Below are positions 1-10,696 of a DNA stretch of 49,692 bases, piece by piece; positions within the stretch are counted from its first letter, which is position 1; each line of letters begins with the position of its first letter. Made by a program: the position numbers and the translations under genes. The DNA comes from Bdellovibrionota bacterium (GTDB taxonomy: Bacteria > Bdellovibrionota_C > UBA2361 > CAKMMH01), in assembly GCA_050952645.1 (NCBI GenBank), contig JBMNLI010000011.1, positions 1 through 49,692 on the forward strand, in the 5' to 3' direction. The notes beneath the pieces were generated by a model. The model was given only the letters and a program-made list of their open reading frames with translations, was not told where the DNA came from and searched no databases.

Positions 1-105
1 AAAATAGCTACACTAAGTAGCTTAAAGTATTAGTAGCTTAAATTATTAGATAAGTACATAAAGTAAATATTTAAAATATTATTTAGGATATTATTAAAAA
101 TATTA

Positions 106-135
106 TAGAGTCCTCTTTATAAAAAGAGAACTCTA
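106..135 (-). terminator. Probable intrinsic terminator hairpin downstream of the 201..536 gene
   Basis: Inverted repeat TAGAGTcCTCTTT / AAAGAGaACTCTA. Confidence 0.45.
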
Positions 136-200
136 AATTTTTTTGAGCCTTCTTGTAAAGGCTTCTTGCACTTGCGTTTAAAATCCTTGTGTTTTAAACC

Positions 201-536
201 TTATAGCTTCTGAGGCTGAGGCGCCGTTTCTGGTAGTGCTGGCAAATTTGGGCTGTTTCCATCATCTTGACAGACCACCTCTTTAAGATTATTCTCAGCA
301 GGCGACGGTGGCGTATATTCAGTAGGTTTTACCTTGCACCAAATGAACACTATCGAAACAGCAGCTGCTGCCAAGATAAAAACTAATGCAAAAACCGCAT
401 CTAAGATCACTCGCATTTTTGCAATCTTAAGCGATTCTTGGCTCATTTCTGCAAGTTTGAAAACCCTTGAACTTGCAGAACCTTGACTTTCGCTAGCTTG
501 GCTTTTACCAGCTTGGCCTTCATTATTTTCAGACAT
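201..536 (-). CDS. Hypothetical single-pass membrane protein
   Basis: 111 aa ORF with AGGAG RBS upstream, one hydrophobic segment (VILDAVFALVFILAAAAVSIVFIW) and a Pro-rich tail. Confidence 0.65.
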   Translation of the reverse strand: MSENNEGQAGKSQASESQGSASSRVFKLAEMSQESLKIAKMRVILDAVFALVFILAAAAVSIVFIWCKVKPTEYTPPSPAENNLKEVVCQDDGNSPNLPALPETAPQPQKL

Positions 537-685
537 TTTGGACTTCTCCTTTGTCTTTTTAAAACCGTTCCTAAAAAATTACGCCTTTAACAAACCTAAA
601 TAAAAGGAATATAGAAGCGTAATAGATTTATTACTAAACTTTAGTTTACTATAAGAATATTTCTTAATCAAATAAACTAAAAGAA

Positions 686-732
686 GAGATCCCCCTAAAA
701 TAAAAAGCCATAAATAGGCTAGGGGGAACTCT
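686..732 (-). terminator. Hairpin downstream of the 765..1673 gene
   Basis: AGAGaTCCCCCTA ... TAGGGGGAaCTCT inverted repeat with a small inner hairpin. Confidence 0.45.
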
Positions 733-764
733 AAGCCCTATTTTAGACGCTAGTCTTTAGCGCG

Positions 765-1673
765 CTAGTAGGCGTCGATATTTTCAACAATAATATTTTC
801 AACGATAATATTTTCAACGATAATGCGAGTTTTGCTATCACTGTCACTATCGCCATCACCATCATCATCACCATCATCATCGCTATCGGTAGACTCTCTA
901 ATCGAAAGTCTATAATCCTTTAAGTCGATAGGGGGCAGCCTTTGGCTTTCATCTTGAACTTCGGCAAGATCAAAATAGATACTCTCTGCACAGGCAAGCG
1001 TCGCATCAATTAAAAGATATACATCTTTAAATTGCTCTCCTTTTGCTGCACCATTTTTTCTTGCTTTTATCTCATTAAGAAAGTTCTTAGAGTGGATACA
1101 CCTAAGCTTAATTTCCCTAATAGCCTCAAAAAGCTCGGCGTCTTTTAGCAGTTCCTCTTCAGAGCGATTTTCTCTAAGTATCCAAAGTCGCTTTGAGCGA
1201 ACAACTTTTGAGCAGTGAAGTAAGTTTTTCACATCGTGCGACTCTATATAGCTACATTCTTTTTGATTTACGTAATTTCTAGCTAGCAAACCCCTTATCT
1301 CGGTTTCATATCGAGTTATACCAACCTCTAAGAGTTCAAGCCTTTTAATTAAAGAAATATCGATATCGGTAGAGTCGATATCCGACATCACACTTTTAAG
1401 CATACGCTCCGTAAGCTCATCTTCAGGCTTTCTTTCGAGTTCTCCATTAGGCGAAAGCACTCTAGTCAATTTCTGAGTAGCGCTAAGAGATTGCTCGCTC
1501 TCATTAGCTTCAATATCGTTAGAAACATTATCGCTAATGCTACCGCTACTAATAAAACTACCATCTACGCAAGAAAATGCCATAGAACCGATAACAAAAA
1601 TAAGTAGCGCTAAAAGAATCAAAAATAGAAAGGTAAAAAACTTATCTTCAAAAATATCCATAAAACCTAGCAC
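765..1673 (-). CDS. Hypothetical membrane-anchored helical protein with acidic, repetitive C-terminus
   Basis: 302 aa ORF, N-terminal hydrophobic helix, D-rich tail, (IIVEN)x3 repeat; AGGAG upstream. Confidence 0.7.
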   Translation of the reverse strand: MLGFMDIFEDKFFTFLFLILLALLIFVIGSMAFSCVDGSFISSGSISDNVSNDIEANESEQSLSATQKLTRVLSPNGELERKPEDELTERMLKSVMSDIDSTDIDISLIKRLELLEVGITRYETEIRGLLARNYVNQKECSYIESHDVKNLLHCSKVVRSKRLWILRENRSEEELLKDAELFEAIREIKLRCIHSKNFLNEIKARKNGAAKGEQFKDVYLLIDATLACAESIYFDLAEVQDESQRLPPIDLKDYRLSIRESTDSDDDGDDDGDGDSDSDSKTRIIVENIIVENIIVENIDAY

Positions 1674-2116
1674 TCCTTTCTATAAAACTTTCTCTAAAAA
1701 AATTAGAAAGTTATATAAACTAAAGGGATTGACAAGTAAAAACCTTTGCAAGTTTGCACTTTTTTTAACACAAATTGCAAAAACTAAATTAAATTTACCA
1801 TAATAAAACGACTTAATCAATTTAATATATTAACGATTGCTTTTTCAAATTCTGCTACGAGTTTAACATCGAGTCCCTTTTCTTATCCCCCCTTTAAAAA
1901 AATGTTCTTCTCGTTTTTAGGTGAACTAATTAAGACGGGTAAAAAGGCTATTTCTTTAGGATAACTTAAAAGAACTAAAAAAACTAAATGGAGTTCTTTT
2001 TAAAAGTCGAATAAAATACTTTCCATGTCGTTTTACATAGATTAAATTATAAATACATAAATTATGGATATCAAAATTATAAACAGCTAAATTATAAATA
2101 GATTATAAATAGAAGT

Positions 2117-3373
2117 ATGAATAAAAAAAATAAATTACAGATAGTAGCTCCTGCAGGGGACCTATTAAGATTTAAAATCGCTTGCATATACGGCGCAGAT
2201 AATATCTATTTTTCAGGTCAAAAATACGGATTAAGAGCAGCGGCAAACAATCTTTGCGACGAAGAAATTATAGAAGCTTGCACATTTGCTAAAAAATATA
2301 ATGCAAAACCTATCACTACGGTAAACGCAATAATGCATGATAAAGATTTAGCTGGCATTACAAACTATTTAAAATTTCTAGATGAATGCAAAGTTTACGC
2401 CGTAATCATAGCCGACCCTGGGTTAATTCAAATTATTAAAAAAAATACTAATTTAAAAATTCATATTTCAACTCAAACTAGCCTTTTAAATTCTTATACA
2501 GCTAAAATGTGGAAATCATTAGGAGCCGATAGAGTGGTGCTCGCAAGAGAGATAACTCTAAAAGAGGCAGGAAAAATCGGAAAAGACAATAAAATTGAAA
2601 CCGAGGTTTTCGGGCATGGTGCTATGTGCATGAGCTACTCTGGAAAATGCGGTCTTTCTACATACCTTTCAAAAAGAGATGCTAACAGGGGAGGCTGCAT
2701 TCAGGCTTGTCGCTTTTCTTATCAATGCCAAAATAAATATCAAAACGATAAAAACCAAAACGATAAAAACCAAAGCGATAAAAATCAAAAAAATCTATTA
2801 GAAAATAAACACCCTTTCTCTTCAAAAGATTTATGCTCGATAAAACATATTGAAAAATTTTTTGAAAATAATATTTCTGCATTAAAAATTGAGGGAAGAA
2901 TGAAATCCCCATTTTACGTAGCAACGACTGTAAAAAATTACAGATTAGCAATAGATAACTACCTAAACGGCACTTTAACATCGGCACTTTTAAACAAGCT
3001 TTCTAAAAACTTAACTCTTATTCCACATAGAGATTATTTTGATGGCTCTCTTATAAAACTTGCAGGAGAAAATGGCGTCTACCCTGATAATCTTCCTACT
3101 CAGGAAAATGCGAAAGCCATTTTTATAGGAATAGTTCTTTATATCTCGGATGATTTTATAGCTATAAAAAACTTTCAACCATTAAATAAAAAAGATAAAA
3201 TTAAAATCTTAAGCTCCACTTCTCTAGACGATACAAAGCTTACATTAAATAAATTTTATGATATTACGAAAAACTTACTTACTAGCGTTAGACAAGAACA
3301 AGTCGTGCTAATTCCTAAATCTGAAAAATTAAAAAATGTTAAACAATACGAAATTTTATATAAGGAAATTTAA
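2117..3373 (+). CDS. Peptidase U32 family protein (TrhP/YegQ-like tRNA hydroxylation protein)
   Basis: APAG..YGAD, HISTQ, RVVLARE, HGAMCMSYSGKC..NRGGCIQACR and LKIEGRMK motifs. Confidence 0.9.
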   Translation: MNKKNKLQIVAPAGDLLRFKIACIYGADNIYFSGQKYGLRAAANNLCDEEIIEACTFAKKYNAKPITTVNAIMHDKDLAGITNYLKFLDECKVYAVIIADPGLIQIIKKNTNLKIHISTQTSLLNSYTAKMWKSLGADRVVLAREITLKEAGKIGKDNKIETEVFGHGAMCMSYSGKCGLSTYLSKRDANRGGCIQACRFSYQCQNKYQNDKNQNDKNQSDKNQKNLLENKHPFSSKDLCSIKHIEKFFENNISALKIEGRMKSPFYVATTVKNYRLAIDNYLNGTLTSALLNKLSKNLTLIPHRDYFDGSLIKLAGENGVYPDNLPTQENAKAIFIGIVLYISDDFIAIKNFQPLNKKDKIKILSSTSLDDTKLTLNKFYDITKNLLTSVRQEQVVLIPKSEKLKNVKQYEILYKEI

Positions 3374-3379
3374 AAAACT

Positions 3380-4507
3380 ATGACTATTAGTTTATATTTT
3401 GATAAAAACATACCATTAAAATATTACGAAAACCTTTCAAACGATTTTGAAATATTATTTGAATGCAAAGAGCTTTCTAAAATTAGCGATATAACTTATA
3501 CATCGCTTATAAAAATTATAAAAAATTTTAAAACATCTGCAAAAAAAGTCTTATCAGCAGATATCTTTATAAGAGAATGCGAGTTTGATGCGAAAACAAA
3601 ACTACTTACTAAAGAATTCTTAAGCCTATTCGATGCTATAAGAATAGAAGATATAGGTCTTTCGTATTTTTTAAAAGAAAAGTTTCCTAAATACAAGCTT
3701 CAAATAATCCTAGAACATTTTTGTCATAATAAAAATGCGATAAATGAAATAAGAAAAATCTTTAGCCCATCTTTAGAAAAAATCATAGTCTCTCTAGAAC
3801 TAGAATTTAACACTATAAAAGAACTAGTAAAAAATAAGATAAATGTTGAAGCTACGCTCCTTGCGGATATTTTAATTTTTCAAACTCCAAGAAAGCTTTT
3901 ACTAAATGCTAGTTTCGGGCGAACTTTTAATACATCTTTTAATACATCTTTTAAAACATCTTTTTTAACATCTAAAGAACTTCCTGAACATAAAAACTTA
4001 CGATATATCTGTAATGAAAATGGGAGTTTTATTTTTTATAAAGAGCCATTTAATATTATTAGAGATTATAAAAAATTAAAGAAAAGCGGAATTAAAAATT
4101 TTAAATTAGATTTTAAATTTTCTAGTAAGGATGAAAAAATAGAAATTTTAAAATTCTTACAAACTAACTCTAATTTAGAAAAACTAACGATAAATAAGCC
4201 TTATAATCCAATATTTTTCTACGAGAATGATAGCGATGCGCTTTTTGAAAATTTAAAAAAGAAAAGTTTTTCATCTCTCCCAAATGCGGAAGTTATAGCT
4301 ACCATTAGTGGAAAATACGCAGTAATATGGACTTATAAAGATTTTTGTCCTACTGAAATCTCTTATAAGGCAGGAGATAAAACTACACTAAAGGGAACAC
4401 TTACAGCTTTTAACATTGAAGATAAACTAGTAAAGAAATTAAAGAAAAATAACATCTACTATATTAAATGGTTAAAAAAAATCTGCGTAGGAAGTGTTAT
4501 CAATTAA
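3380..4507 (+). CDS. Divergent U32-family partner subunit (YrrN-like)
   Basis: Directly follows the U32 gene; degenerate U32 motifs (IEDIG, IIVSLEL, IFQTPRKLL, ENGSFIF, GIKNFKLD) with no Cys cluster. Confidence 0.6.
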   Translation: MTISLYFDKNIPLKYYENLSNDFEILFECKELSKISDITYTSLIKIIKNFKTSAKKVLSADIFIRECEFDAKTKLLTKEFLSLFDAIRIEDIGLSYFLKEKFPKYKLQIILEHFCHNKNAINEIRKIFSPSLEKIIVSLELEFNTIKELVKNKINVEATLLADILIFQTPRKLLLNASFGRTFNTSFNTSFKTSFLTSKELPEHKNLRYICNENGSFIFYKEPFNIIRDYKKLKKSGIKNFKLDFKFSSKDEKIEILKFLQTNSNLEKLTINKPYNPIFFYENDSDALFENLKKKSFSSLPNAEVIATISGKYAVIWTYKDFCPTEISYKAGDKTTLKGTLTAFNIEDKLVKKLKKNNIYYIKWLKKICVGSVIN

Positions 4508-5970
4508 GCCTTCTTTAGCTCAAACTCATCTTTAGATACGTCTTTTATCTCTAACCCATACTCGTTTAAAAGTTTATCTCGAAGCTCATCGGATTTTTGC
4601 CAATCTTTATTTGCTCTCGCTTGCTTTCTTTCTTCTATTATATTTTTTACATCTTGAGAAAGTTCTAACTTTTCTTCTTTTTGAAACTCATCTATGCCTA
4701 AACTTAAAATTCTATCGATATAATTTAAAACTTTAAGTTTTATAGCCGATGATAAGCTTTCATCTCTTAGCATAATCCACATATTAGAAATAACTTTAGG
4801 AGTATCTAAATCGTTTGCAAAAAAACTATCAAACATTTCTTGGTATTTTTCTAATTCTTTATTTGAGGCTTCTTTTAAAACCTTTTTTGAGGCTTCTTTT
4901 GAGGCTTTATTTGAAGCTTTATTTTCAAGCTCTACATCATCTTTTAAAGCAAGAACTAAACTTTTTAATTTATTGTATGCAGACTTAGCAGCATCTAAAC
5001 TTTCAAATGTAAACGATAAAGGCGAGCGATAATGAGCCGTCAAACAGAGATATCTATAACATATCGGGTCATAGCCTTTTTCTTTAAGCACTTTTAGTGT
5101 TAAAAACTCACCTGTAGACTTAGACATCTTCCCAGATTTTACTTCTAGGAATGCTCCATGCATCCAAAAATTGCACCACTTGTGTCCTAGAAGCCCTTCG
5201 CTTTGTGCTATCTCATTTGTATGGTGCACGTTTATATGATCTATCCCTCCACAGTGAATATCTAGCCTTTCGCCTAAATGCTTTATCGCCATTGCAGAAC
5301 ATTCTATATTCCACCCAGGGTAGCCAAACTCTCCCCAAGGGGAAGGCCAAGATAGAATATGATTAGTATACTTTGAATTAGTAAACCATAAAACAAAGTC
5401 TGTCTTATTTCTCTTATTTTTATCTTCCTTAACTCTTAAGCCGTGGAGTAAATTATCTAGTTTTAGACCAGCCATTTTACCGTAATTTTTAAACTTTGAT
5501 GTGTCAAAATACACATTCCCATCTGCTACATATACGTAGCCTTTCTTATCTAACTGTACTATAAACTTTATAATCTCATCTATAGTTTCAGTCGCTCTAC
5601 AAACTATATCGGGTCTTTCTATATTTAACGCTTTAGTATCTTCAAAAAAAGCGCTTTCATAATACCTTGCTAACTCTAGAACGTCTTTTTGTTCTCTCTT
5701 AGCGGCAACTAGCATCTTATCTTCTCCAGTATCTAAATCGCTAGTAAGATGTCCGACATCCGTAATATTCATTACGTGCTTTAAATTATAACCAGCATGT
5801 TTTATAGTTTTCCTTAAAACATCTTCAAATATATACGCTCTTAAATTTCCAATATGCGCATAATTATACACCGTAGGGCCACAGCAATACATCTTCACTT
5901 CGCGTGGGTCTATCGGTTTAAAATCTTCTACTTTTCTTGTTTCAGTATTATAAAATCTTAAATTTAACAT
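4504..5970 (-). CDS. cysS: Cysteine--tRNA ligase
   Basis: CGPTVY, HIGN, GYPGWNIECS and KMSKS motifs. Confidence 0.97.
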   Translation of the reverse strand: MLNLRFYNTETRKVEDFKPIDPREVKMYCCGPTVYNYAHIGNLRAYIFEDVLRKTIKHAGYNLKHVMNITDVGHLTSDLDTGEDKMLVAAKREQKDVLELARYYESAFFEDTKALNIERPDIVCRATETIDEIIKFIVQLDKKGYVYVADGNVYFDTSKFKNYGKMAGLKLDNLLHGLRVKEDKNKRNKTDFVLWFTNSKYTNHILSWPSPWGEFGYPGWNIECSAMAIKHLGERLDIHCGGIDHINVHHTNEIAQSEGLLGHKWCNFWMHGAFLEVKSGKMSKSTGEFLTLKVLKEKGYDPICYRYLCLTAHYRSPLSFTFESLDAAKSAYNKLKSLVLALKDDVELENKASNKASKEASKKVLKEASNKELEKYQEMFDSFFANDLDTPKVISNMWIMLRDESLSSAIKLKVLNYIDRILSLGIDEFQKEEKLELSQDVKNIIEERKQARANKDWQKSDELRDKLLNEYGLEIKDVSKDEFELKKA

Positions 5971-6192
5971 TTTATTTCTTTTTTATTATTCCTATATTAT
6001 TATTCTATTACTCTTTGTTTTATTACTCTTTGTTTTATTACTCTTTATTTTATTATTGTTAATTTTATTATTTATTTTATTATTTATTTTGTCATTTATT
6101 TTTTTGTTTTTTTTGTTTTTTTTTTGGCGTTTAATTAGCTTTAGTTTCCCCCTCCTAGAGCTTCATCATTACTTAATTACTTAATTACTTAA

Positions 6193-7083
6193 TTACTTAA
6201 ACTCTACCCTCTTACATCCATCTTCGATAGTGTATGATAAATTGCCATCAGGAAACTTAACGGTCTTCCCCGTATTTTCTATAACCTTAACCGTAGCCTT
6301 ACCATACTCACACCCTGGCTTTCTTCCCCTTGCAGTAGTGCCTCTTCCGTTACTAGGCCCAGTGTTTTCTAACTTTTCACCATTTACAAATATCGAAACG
6401 TCGTAAGGATTTAAAAGCACCACTAATTTACCATCCTTATCGGCTTTTGGCTTCCATAAAAAATTGCTTACCACTTGCTTGCTAGCTTCTTTCCCAACAT
6501 CTATGCCCTTTAGCGATGCGTAGCAGGGAACTAAACTAGAATTAACACAAACGGGATCTTCAGGCTCAAGGTAATCTATTCTTAATAATTTTTCAGCTAG
6601 CACCGTGCCGTTTTCAAATACGATGCTTGCTATATAAGCTTTTCCTCCTCCCTTAACCGTAACGACGCAATCTTGCTCGGCTTTGTAAACTTTTACAAAA
6701 GTGCCACTATCCCTAATCATTCTATATATGTAATTTCTTTGAGAAGCCGATGTTTTATTATCCTTAACTGCTGGAAGCTTAACTAAAAAGGAACCTCCTC
6801 CCTCAAATGGCGTTAAAACGTAAAGCTCAGCAGAAATTACATCATCAATTGTAGCATTTATCAAAAATTTGTCTGATGGATTTTTAGTTAAACCATTATT
6901 TATAGGCACGCCACATTTCGTTTCTTTAACTTCTTCAGAAACCTCTTCAGAAACCTCTTCTAAGTTTCCATTAGGAGAACTGCCACTTTGGCTTTCGCTA
7001 GATTTTTTTTTATCTTTTGTGCAAGATACTATAAACAAAGATAATAAGCAAAATATCGCTAAAATATATAAATTTCTCTTCAT
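6193..7083 (-). CDS. Lipoprotein, possibly with a degenerate thermonuclease (SNase-like) domain plus an uncharacterised C-terminal domain
   Basis: Lipobox-like FIVSC after a hydrophobic signal; AYIASIVFENGTVLAEKLLR resembles the SNase C-terminal motif. Confidence 0.6.
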   Translation of the reverse strand: MKRNLYILAIFCLLSLFIVSCTKDKKKSSESQSGSSPNGNLEEVSEEVSEEVKETKCGVPINNGLTKNPSDKFLINATIDDVISAELYVLTPFEGGGSFLVKLPAVKDNKTSASQRNYIYRMIRDSGTFVKVYKAEQDCVVTVKGGGKAYIASIVFENGTVLAEKLLRIDYLEPEDPVCVNSSLVPCYASLKGIDVGKEASKQVVSNFLWKPKADKDGKLVVLLNPYDVSIFVNGEKLENTGPSNGRGTTARGRKPGCEYGKATVKVIENTGKTVKFPDGNLSYTIEDGCKRVEFK

Positions 7084-7252
7084 TAGAATCCTTCGAGTTT
7101 AAATAAAAAGATTTAAATAAAAATAGGGTAAGCTATGCCCTTCAGTATTATGTAAAGTATTATGTAAAGGCATTTACAAACATAGAATAACAAAAAAAAT
7201 TTATTTAATACATAGTGAAAAATACTTAAAAGGCAAGGTGGCAAGCTTTAGG

Positions 7253-7409
7253 GATAGAAGACAGAAGATAGAAGATAAAAGACAGAAGATAAAAGACAGA
7301 AGATAAAAGACAGAAGATAAAAGACAGAAGATAAAAGACAGAAGATAAAAGACAGAAGATAGAAGATAAAAGATAAAAGACAGAAGATAAAAGATAGAAG
7401 ACAGAAGAT
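7253..7409. repeat. Heptamer tandem repeat (AGAYARA)n, about 22 units, often as the 14-mer GACAGAAGATAAAA
   Basis: Directly visible purine-rich tandem array. Confidence 0.95.
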
Positions 7410-7612
7410 GAAATAAAAAAAGGGAAAAAAGTCTTACCCCCTTTCCCTTTCCATAACGCAAATTCTATGCATAAGGTTTTTTTTAAAGTATTTTTTACTC
7501 GTTTTATTTAGCTATCTTATTTAGCTATTTTATTTAACTATCTTATTTAATTATCTTATTTAACTATCTTACTTAATTTAATTGTTATTTATTTGGTTTC
7601 GGTAGCTAAATT

Positions 7613-8311
7613 TCAAGTAAATAATTTTGAAAATTCCTTAGCATAATATTGTTTCCACTTATCTCTATTTTGACTAATTTTATTAACGTAATTATTAGAA
7701 GTCTTAGGGACAAACTTTTTTCCATTTAATGCTTTTAGAGCATTGTTTGGTCCCCAGTTATAAGCAATAAGCGTATACTTTAAGTTTCCGTTAAATTGCT
7801 CTTCTAAATGTTTGTAATAACGTAGTCCTAGACGAATGTTATATTCAACATCACGCAATCTGTAAATTCCGCCCCAGTCGATATTCGTAATTCTAGAAAT
7901 ATACTCTCCTGTGCTTGGAAGTAGTTGCATAAGCCCTAAAGCTCCTTTGTTAGATTTCGCATTAGGCTTAAAAGTACTTTCAGCTTTAATTATAGCGGTA
8001 GTTAGCAATGGGTCGAACCCTAGCTCATTACTTACTTTAACTATAGCTGTGGCTAAATTCTTAGCCGTGTTTTTGCTTTGATTATGTTCCTCGATAATAC
8101 GAGCAATATAATCGATTTGGTGTTGAACGATACGTTCTCTTAAAGATAATTTAACACCTTGCGTATTTAATTGCGTGTTTGTTGTCGCATTTGCAAAATT
8201 TGCATTTGCTAAAATTATTATAACAAAACACACAAAGCGTTTAATTATTTTTTTTCTTATTTCCATAAAATTATTCTTTGTATAATACAAAGCTCCTTTA
8301 TAAGGGATCAT
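7613..8311 (-). CDS. Lytic transglycosylase (SLT domain)
   Basis: AIIKAESTF (catalytic Glu), GALGLMQ and AYNWGP motifs; signal-like N-terminus (true start may be the internal Met of MEIRKK). Confidence 0.9.
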   Translation of the reverse strand: MIPYKGALYYTKNNFMEIRKKIIKRFVCFVIIILANANFANATTNTQLNTQGVKLSLRERIVQHQIDYIARIIEEHNQSKNTAKNLATAIVKVSNELGFDPLLTTAIIKAESTFKPNAKSNKGALGLMQLLPSTGEYISRITNIDWGGIYRLRDVEYNIRLGLRYYKHLEEQFNGNLKYTLIAYNWGPNNALKALNGKKFVPKTSNNYVNKISQNRDKWKQYYAKEFSKLFT

Positions 8312-8549
8312 TTATAACATATTTTGAACAAAAAACCAATAATATTGATAAAACTTACAAAATCATAAAATTATTTAAATGTTGTTAAAATATTAAAGCT
8401 ATTAAAGCCTATATAAATAATCCTACATTTCATATAAAATGTTCCAAAAATATTTGAGAAAACATCTTATTTGTAATATATTTAAGATGCTTTTTAAATG
8501 TGAACGTTTCACAGTAAAGCACTAACCTATCGAAATTAAAGGAAATTTT

Positions 8550-10460
8550 ATGTTATCAAACGCCGATTTACTAGTCGTTGGAGGGGGGCACGGGGGAGTA
8601 GAAGCTGCCTTAGCAGGCGCAAGGCTCGGACTAAAGACGGTCTTAGTAAGTTTAAAAAAAGATGATTTAGGCAAGATGTCTTGCAACCCAGCTATAGGAG
8701 GACTCGGGAAAGGACAGATAACTAGAGAAATCGATGCGCTAGGTGGCGTTATGGCTAGAGCGATAGATAAGGCAGGGATTCAATTTAGAACTTTAAATTT
8801 AAGCAAGGGGCCAGCAGTTAGAGCGAGCAGAGCTCAAGCAGATAGAGAGCTATATCAAAAAGCCATTACAGATTTTGTAGAAACACAAAAAAATCTTATA
8901 TTTATAGAAGATGAGGTTATTGCTTTCGATACAACGCCCTATAACACGCCCTATAACACGTCTAATAATACTACTAATAATGCTACTAATAACACTACTT
9001 ATAATAAAATCTTATCTGTAACTTTAAAAAATAATGGCAAAATAAATATAAAAGCCCTAGTAATAACTACGGGAACATTCCTTAGGGGGATACTTCATAG
9101 AGGAGATAAAGTTTGGGAAGGAGGGCGTGTAGGAGATAGTCCCTCAAATAAGCTTAGCGAATCTCTATTAAAGCATGGCATTAATCTTTTTAGGCTAAAA
9201 ACTGGAACGCCAGCTAGAATAAAAAAAGATACTATCGACACTTCAAGGCTTAAAATTCAAAATGGCGATGCTAATATAACCCCATTTTCTATGATGACTG
9301 AAAAAATTAAAAGAGAGCAACTTCCTTGCTACTTAACTTCTACTAATAAAAAAGTCCACGATATTATTGAGGCGGCAAAAGAGCAAAGCCCTCTTTTTAA
9401 TGGTCAAATAAAATCTATAGGGCCTAGATATTGCCCGTCGATAGAGGATAAAGTTTTTAGATTTCAAGATAAAGATTCTCACACTATATTTTTAGAACCA
9501 GAGGGGTATAATTCTAACCTAGTTTATCCTAATGGCATTTCAACTAGTCTCCCTGTAGAGGTTCAAAAAGATATTATAAAAAATATTGAAGGGCTAGAAA
9601 ATGCACAAATAGAAACTTTCGGATACGCCGTTGAGTATGATGCGATAGATGCTAAAGAATTGCTCCCCACTTTAGAGCATAAAAATATTAAAGGACTATA
9701 TTTTGCAGGGCAAATAAACGGGACTTCAGGCTATGAAGAGGCTGCGGGGCAAGGGCTTATAGCTGGAGCTAACGCAGCACTCTCTATTTTAGGGAAAGCC
9801 CCTCTTATTCTTTCTAGAGCCGAAGCCTATATAGGGGTAATGATAGATGATTTAATAACAAATGGAGTAGATGAGCCTTACAGAATGTTTAGTTCTAGAG
9901 CGGAGTATCGACTAATTTTAAGAGAAGATAACACTATTTTTAGGATTTGCCCTATTGCCATAAAACACGGGCTTTTAAAAGATGACCAAAAAGAAAAATT
10001 TCTTAAACTAAAAAAGGAATACGATAAATTAAAGGCTATTTGCTTAGAGCGTAAAATTTCCATAGTAAAAGATGTAGCGTGGCTTAAAGAAAATAATTAC
10101 GATTTAAAAGTATCTATAAGTATAAAAGATTTCGTTAAAAGAAACGACGTGACGCTAGAGAAAGTAGTAGCCTATTTAAATTTAGAAGATACATTTCACC
10201 CTTTTATAATTTTATCGCTAGAAACTGAATTTAAATTTGAGGGATATTTAGCGAGACAAGAACTAGAAATAGAGCGATTAAAGAAAATGGAAAGCACTAA
10301 AATTCCAGAAAACTTTAATTACGACGATATTAAAGGATTAAGCGTAGAGTTAAGAGGAAAGTTAAAAAAAGCACGCCCAATCTCGATAGGACACGCAATG
10401 AGAATTCCAGGGATTACTCCAGCAGCGCTATCTTTTATAGCGTTAAAATTAAAAAATTAA
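8550..10460 (+). CDS. mnmG: tRNA uridine-5-carboxymethylaminomethyl modification enzyme MnmG/GidA
   Basis: GGGHGG FAD motif, MSCNPAIGG, GPRYCPSIEDK and GQINGTSGYEEAA. Confidence 0.97.
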   Translation: MLSNADLLVVGGGHGGVEAALAGARLGLKTVLVSLKKDDLGKMSCNPAIGGLGKGQITREIDALGGVMARAIDKAGIQFRTLNLSKGPAVRASRAQADRELYQKAITDFVETQKNLIFIEDEVIAFDTTPYNTPYNTSNNTTNNATNNTTYNKILSVTLKNNGKINIKALVITTGTFLRGILHRGDKVWEGGRVGDSPSNKLSESLLKHGINLFRLKTGTPARIKKDTIDTSRLKIQNGDANITPFSMMTEKIKREQLPCYLTSTNKKVHDIIEAAKEQSPLFNGQIKSIGPRYCPSIEDKVFRFQDKDSHTIFLEPEGYNSNLVYPNGISTSLPVEVQKDIIKNIEGLENAQIETFGYAVEYDAIDAKELLPTLEHKNIKGLYFAGQINGTSGYEEAAGQGLIAGANAALSILGKAPLILSRAEAYIGVMIDDLITNGVDEPYRMFSSRAEYRLILREDNTIFRICPIAIKHGLLKDDQKEKFLKLKKEYDKLKAICLERKISIVKDVAWLKENNYDLKVSISIKDFVKRNDVTLEKVVAYLNLEDTFHPFIILSLETEFKFEGYLARQELEIERLKKMESTKIPENFNYDDIKGLSVELRGKLKKARPISIGHAMRIPGITPAALSFIALKLKN

Positions 10461-10478
10461 AATTCTTTTAAAACCCAT

Positions 10479-10507
10479 TTGACATATAGAGATTTATAAT
10501 TTAAGAT
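10479..10507 (+). promoter_or_regulatory. Sigma70-type promoter upstream of the 10697 gene
   Basis: TTGACA-N17-TAAGAT. Confidence 0.5.
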
Positions 10508-10696
10508 TGAGTGTTTTTGCAGATAACAAACAGACGACAATAGGAGTAAAAAAGTCGTAAGGTTAAAAAGAAAACGGTGTTTCGCTTAGAGCGAAAAATA
10601 ACTTTGCAAAATAAAAAAAATTTAGCAGAGTTATCGTGGTTTTGTGGCAAGGTTTGTGGCAAAAGGTTGTAAATAAGGAAAGAAAGGAACTTCTTA

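Noticed and set aside
7201..7461. 86 aa hydrophobic ORF
   Set aside because: It is an artefact of the heptamer repeat (LLSFIFY)n.
8499..8513. Palindrome TGTGAA-CGT-TTCACA upstream of mnmG as a CRP site or parS
   Set aside because: The spacing is one base short for CRP and it has too many mismatches to parS; a single occurrence cannot be assigned.
10640..10672. Repeated TGGCAA upstream of the 10697 gene as a sigma54 promoter
   Set aside because: There is no GC at the required GG-N10 spacing; a local tandem duplication explains it better.
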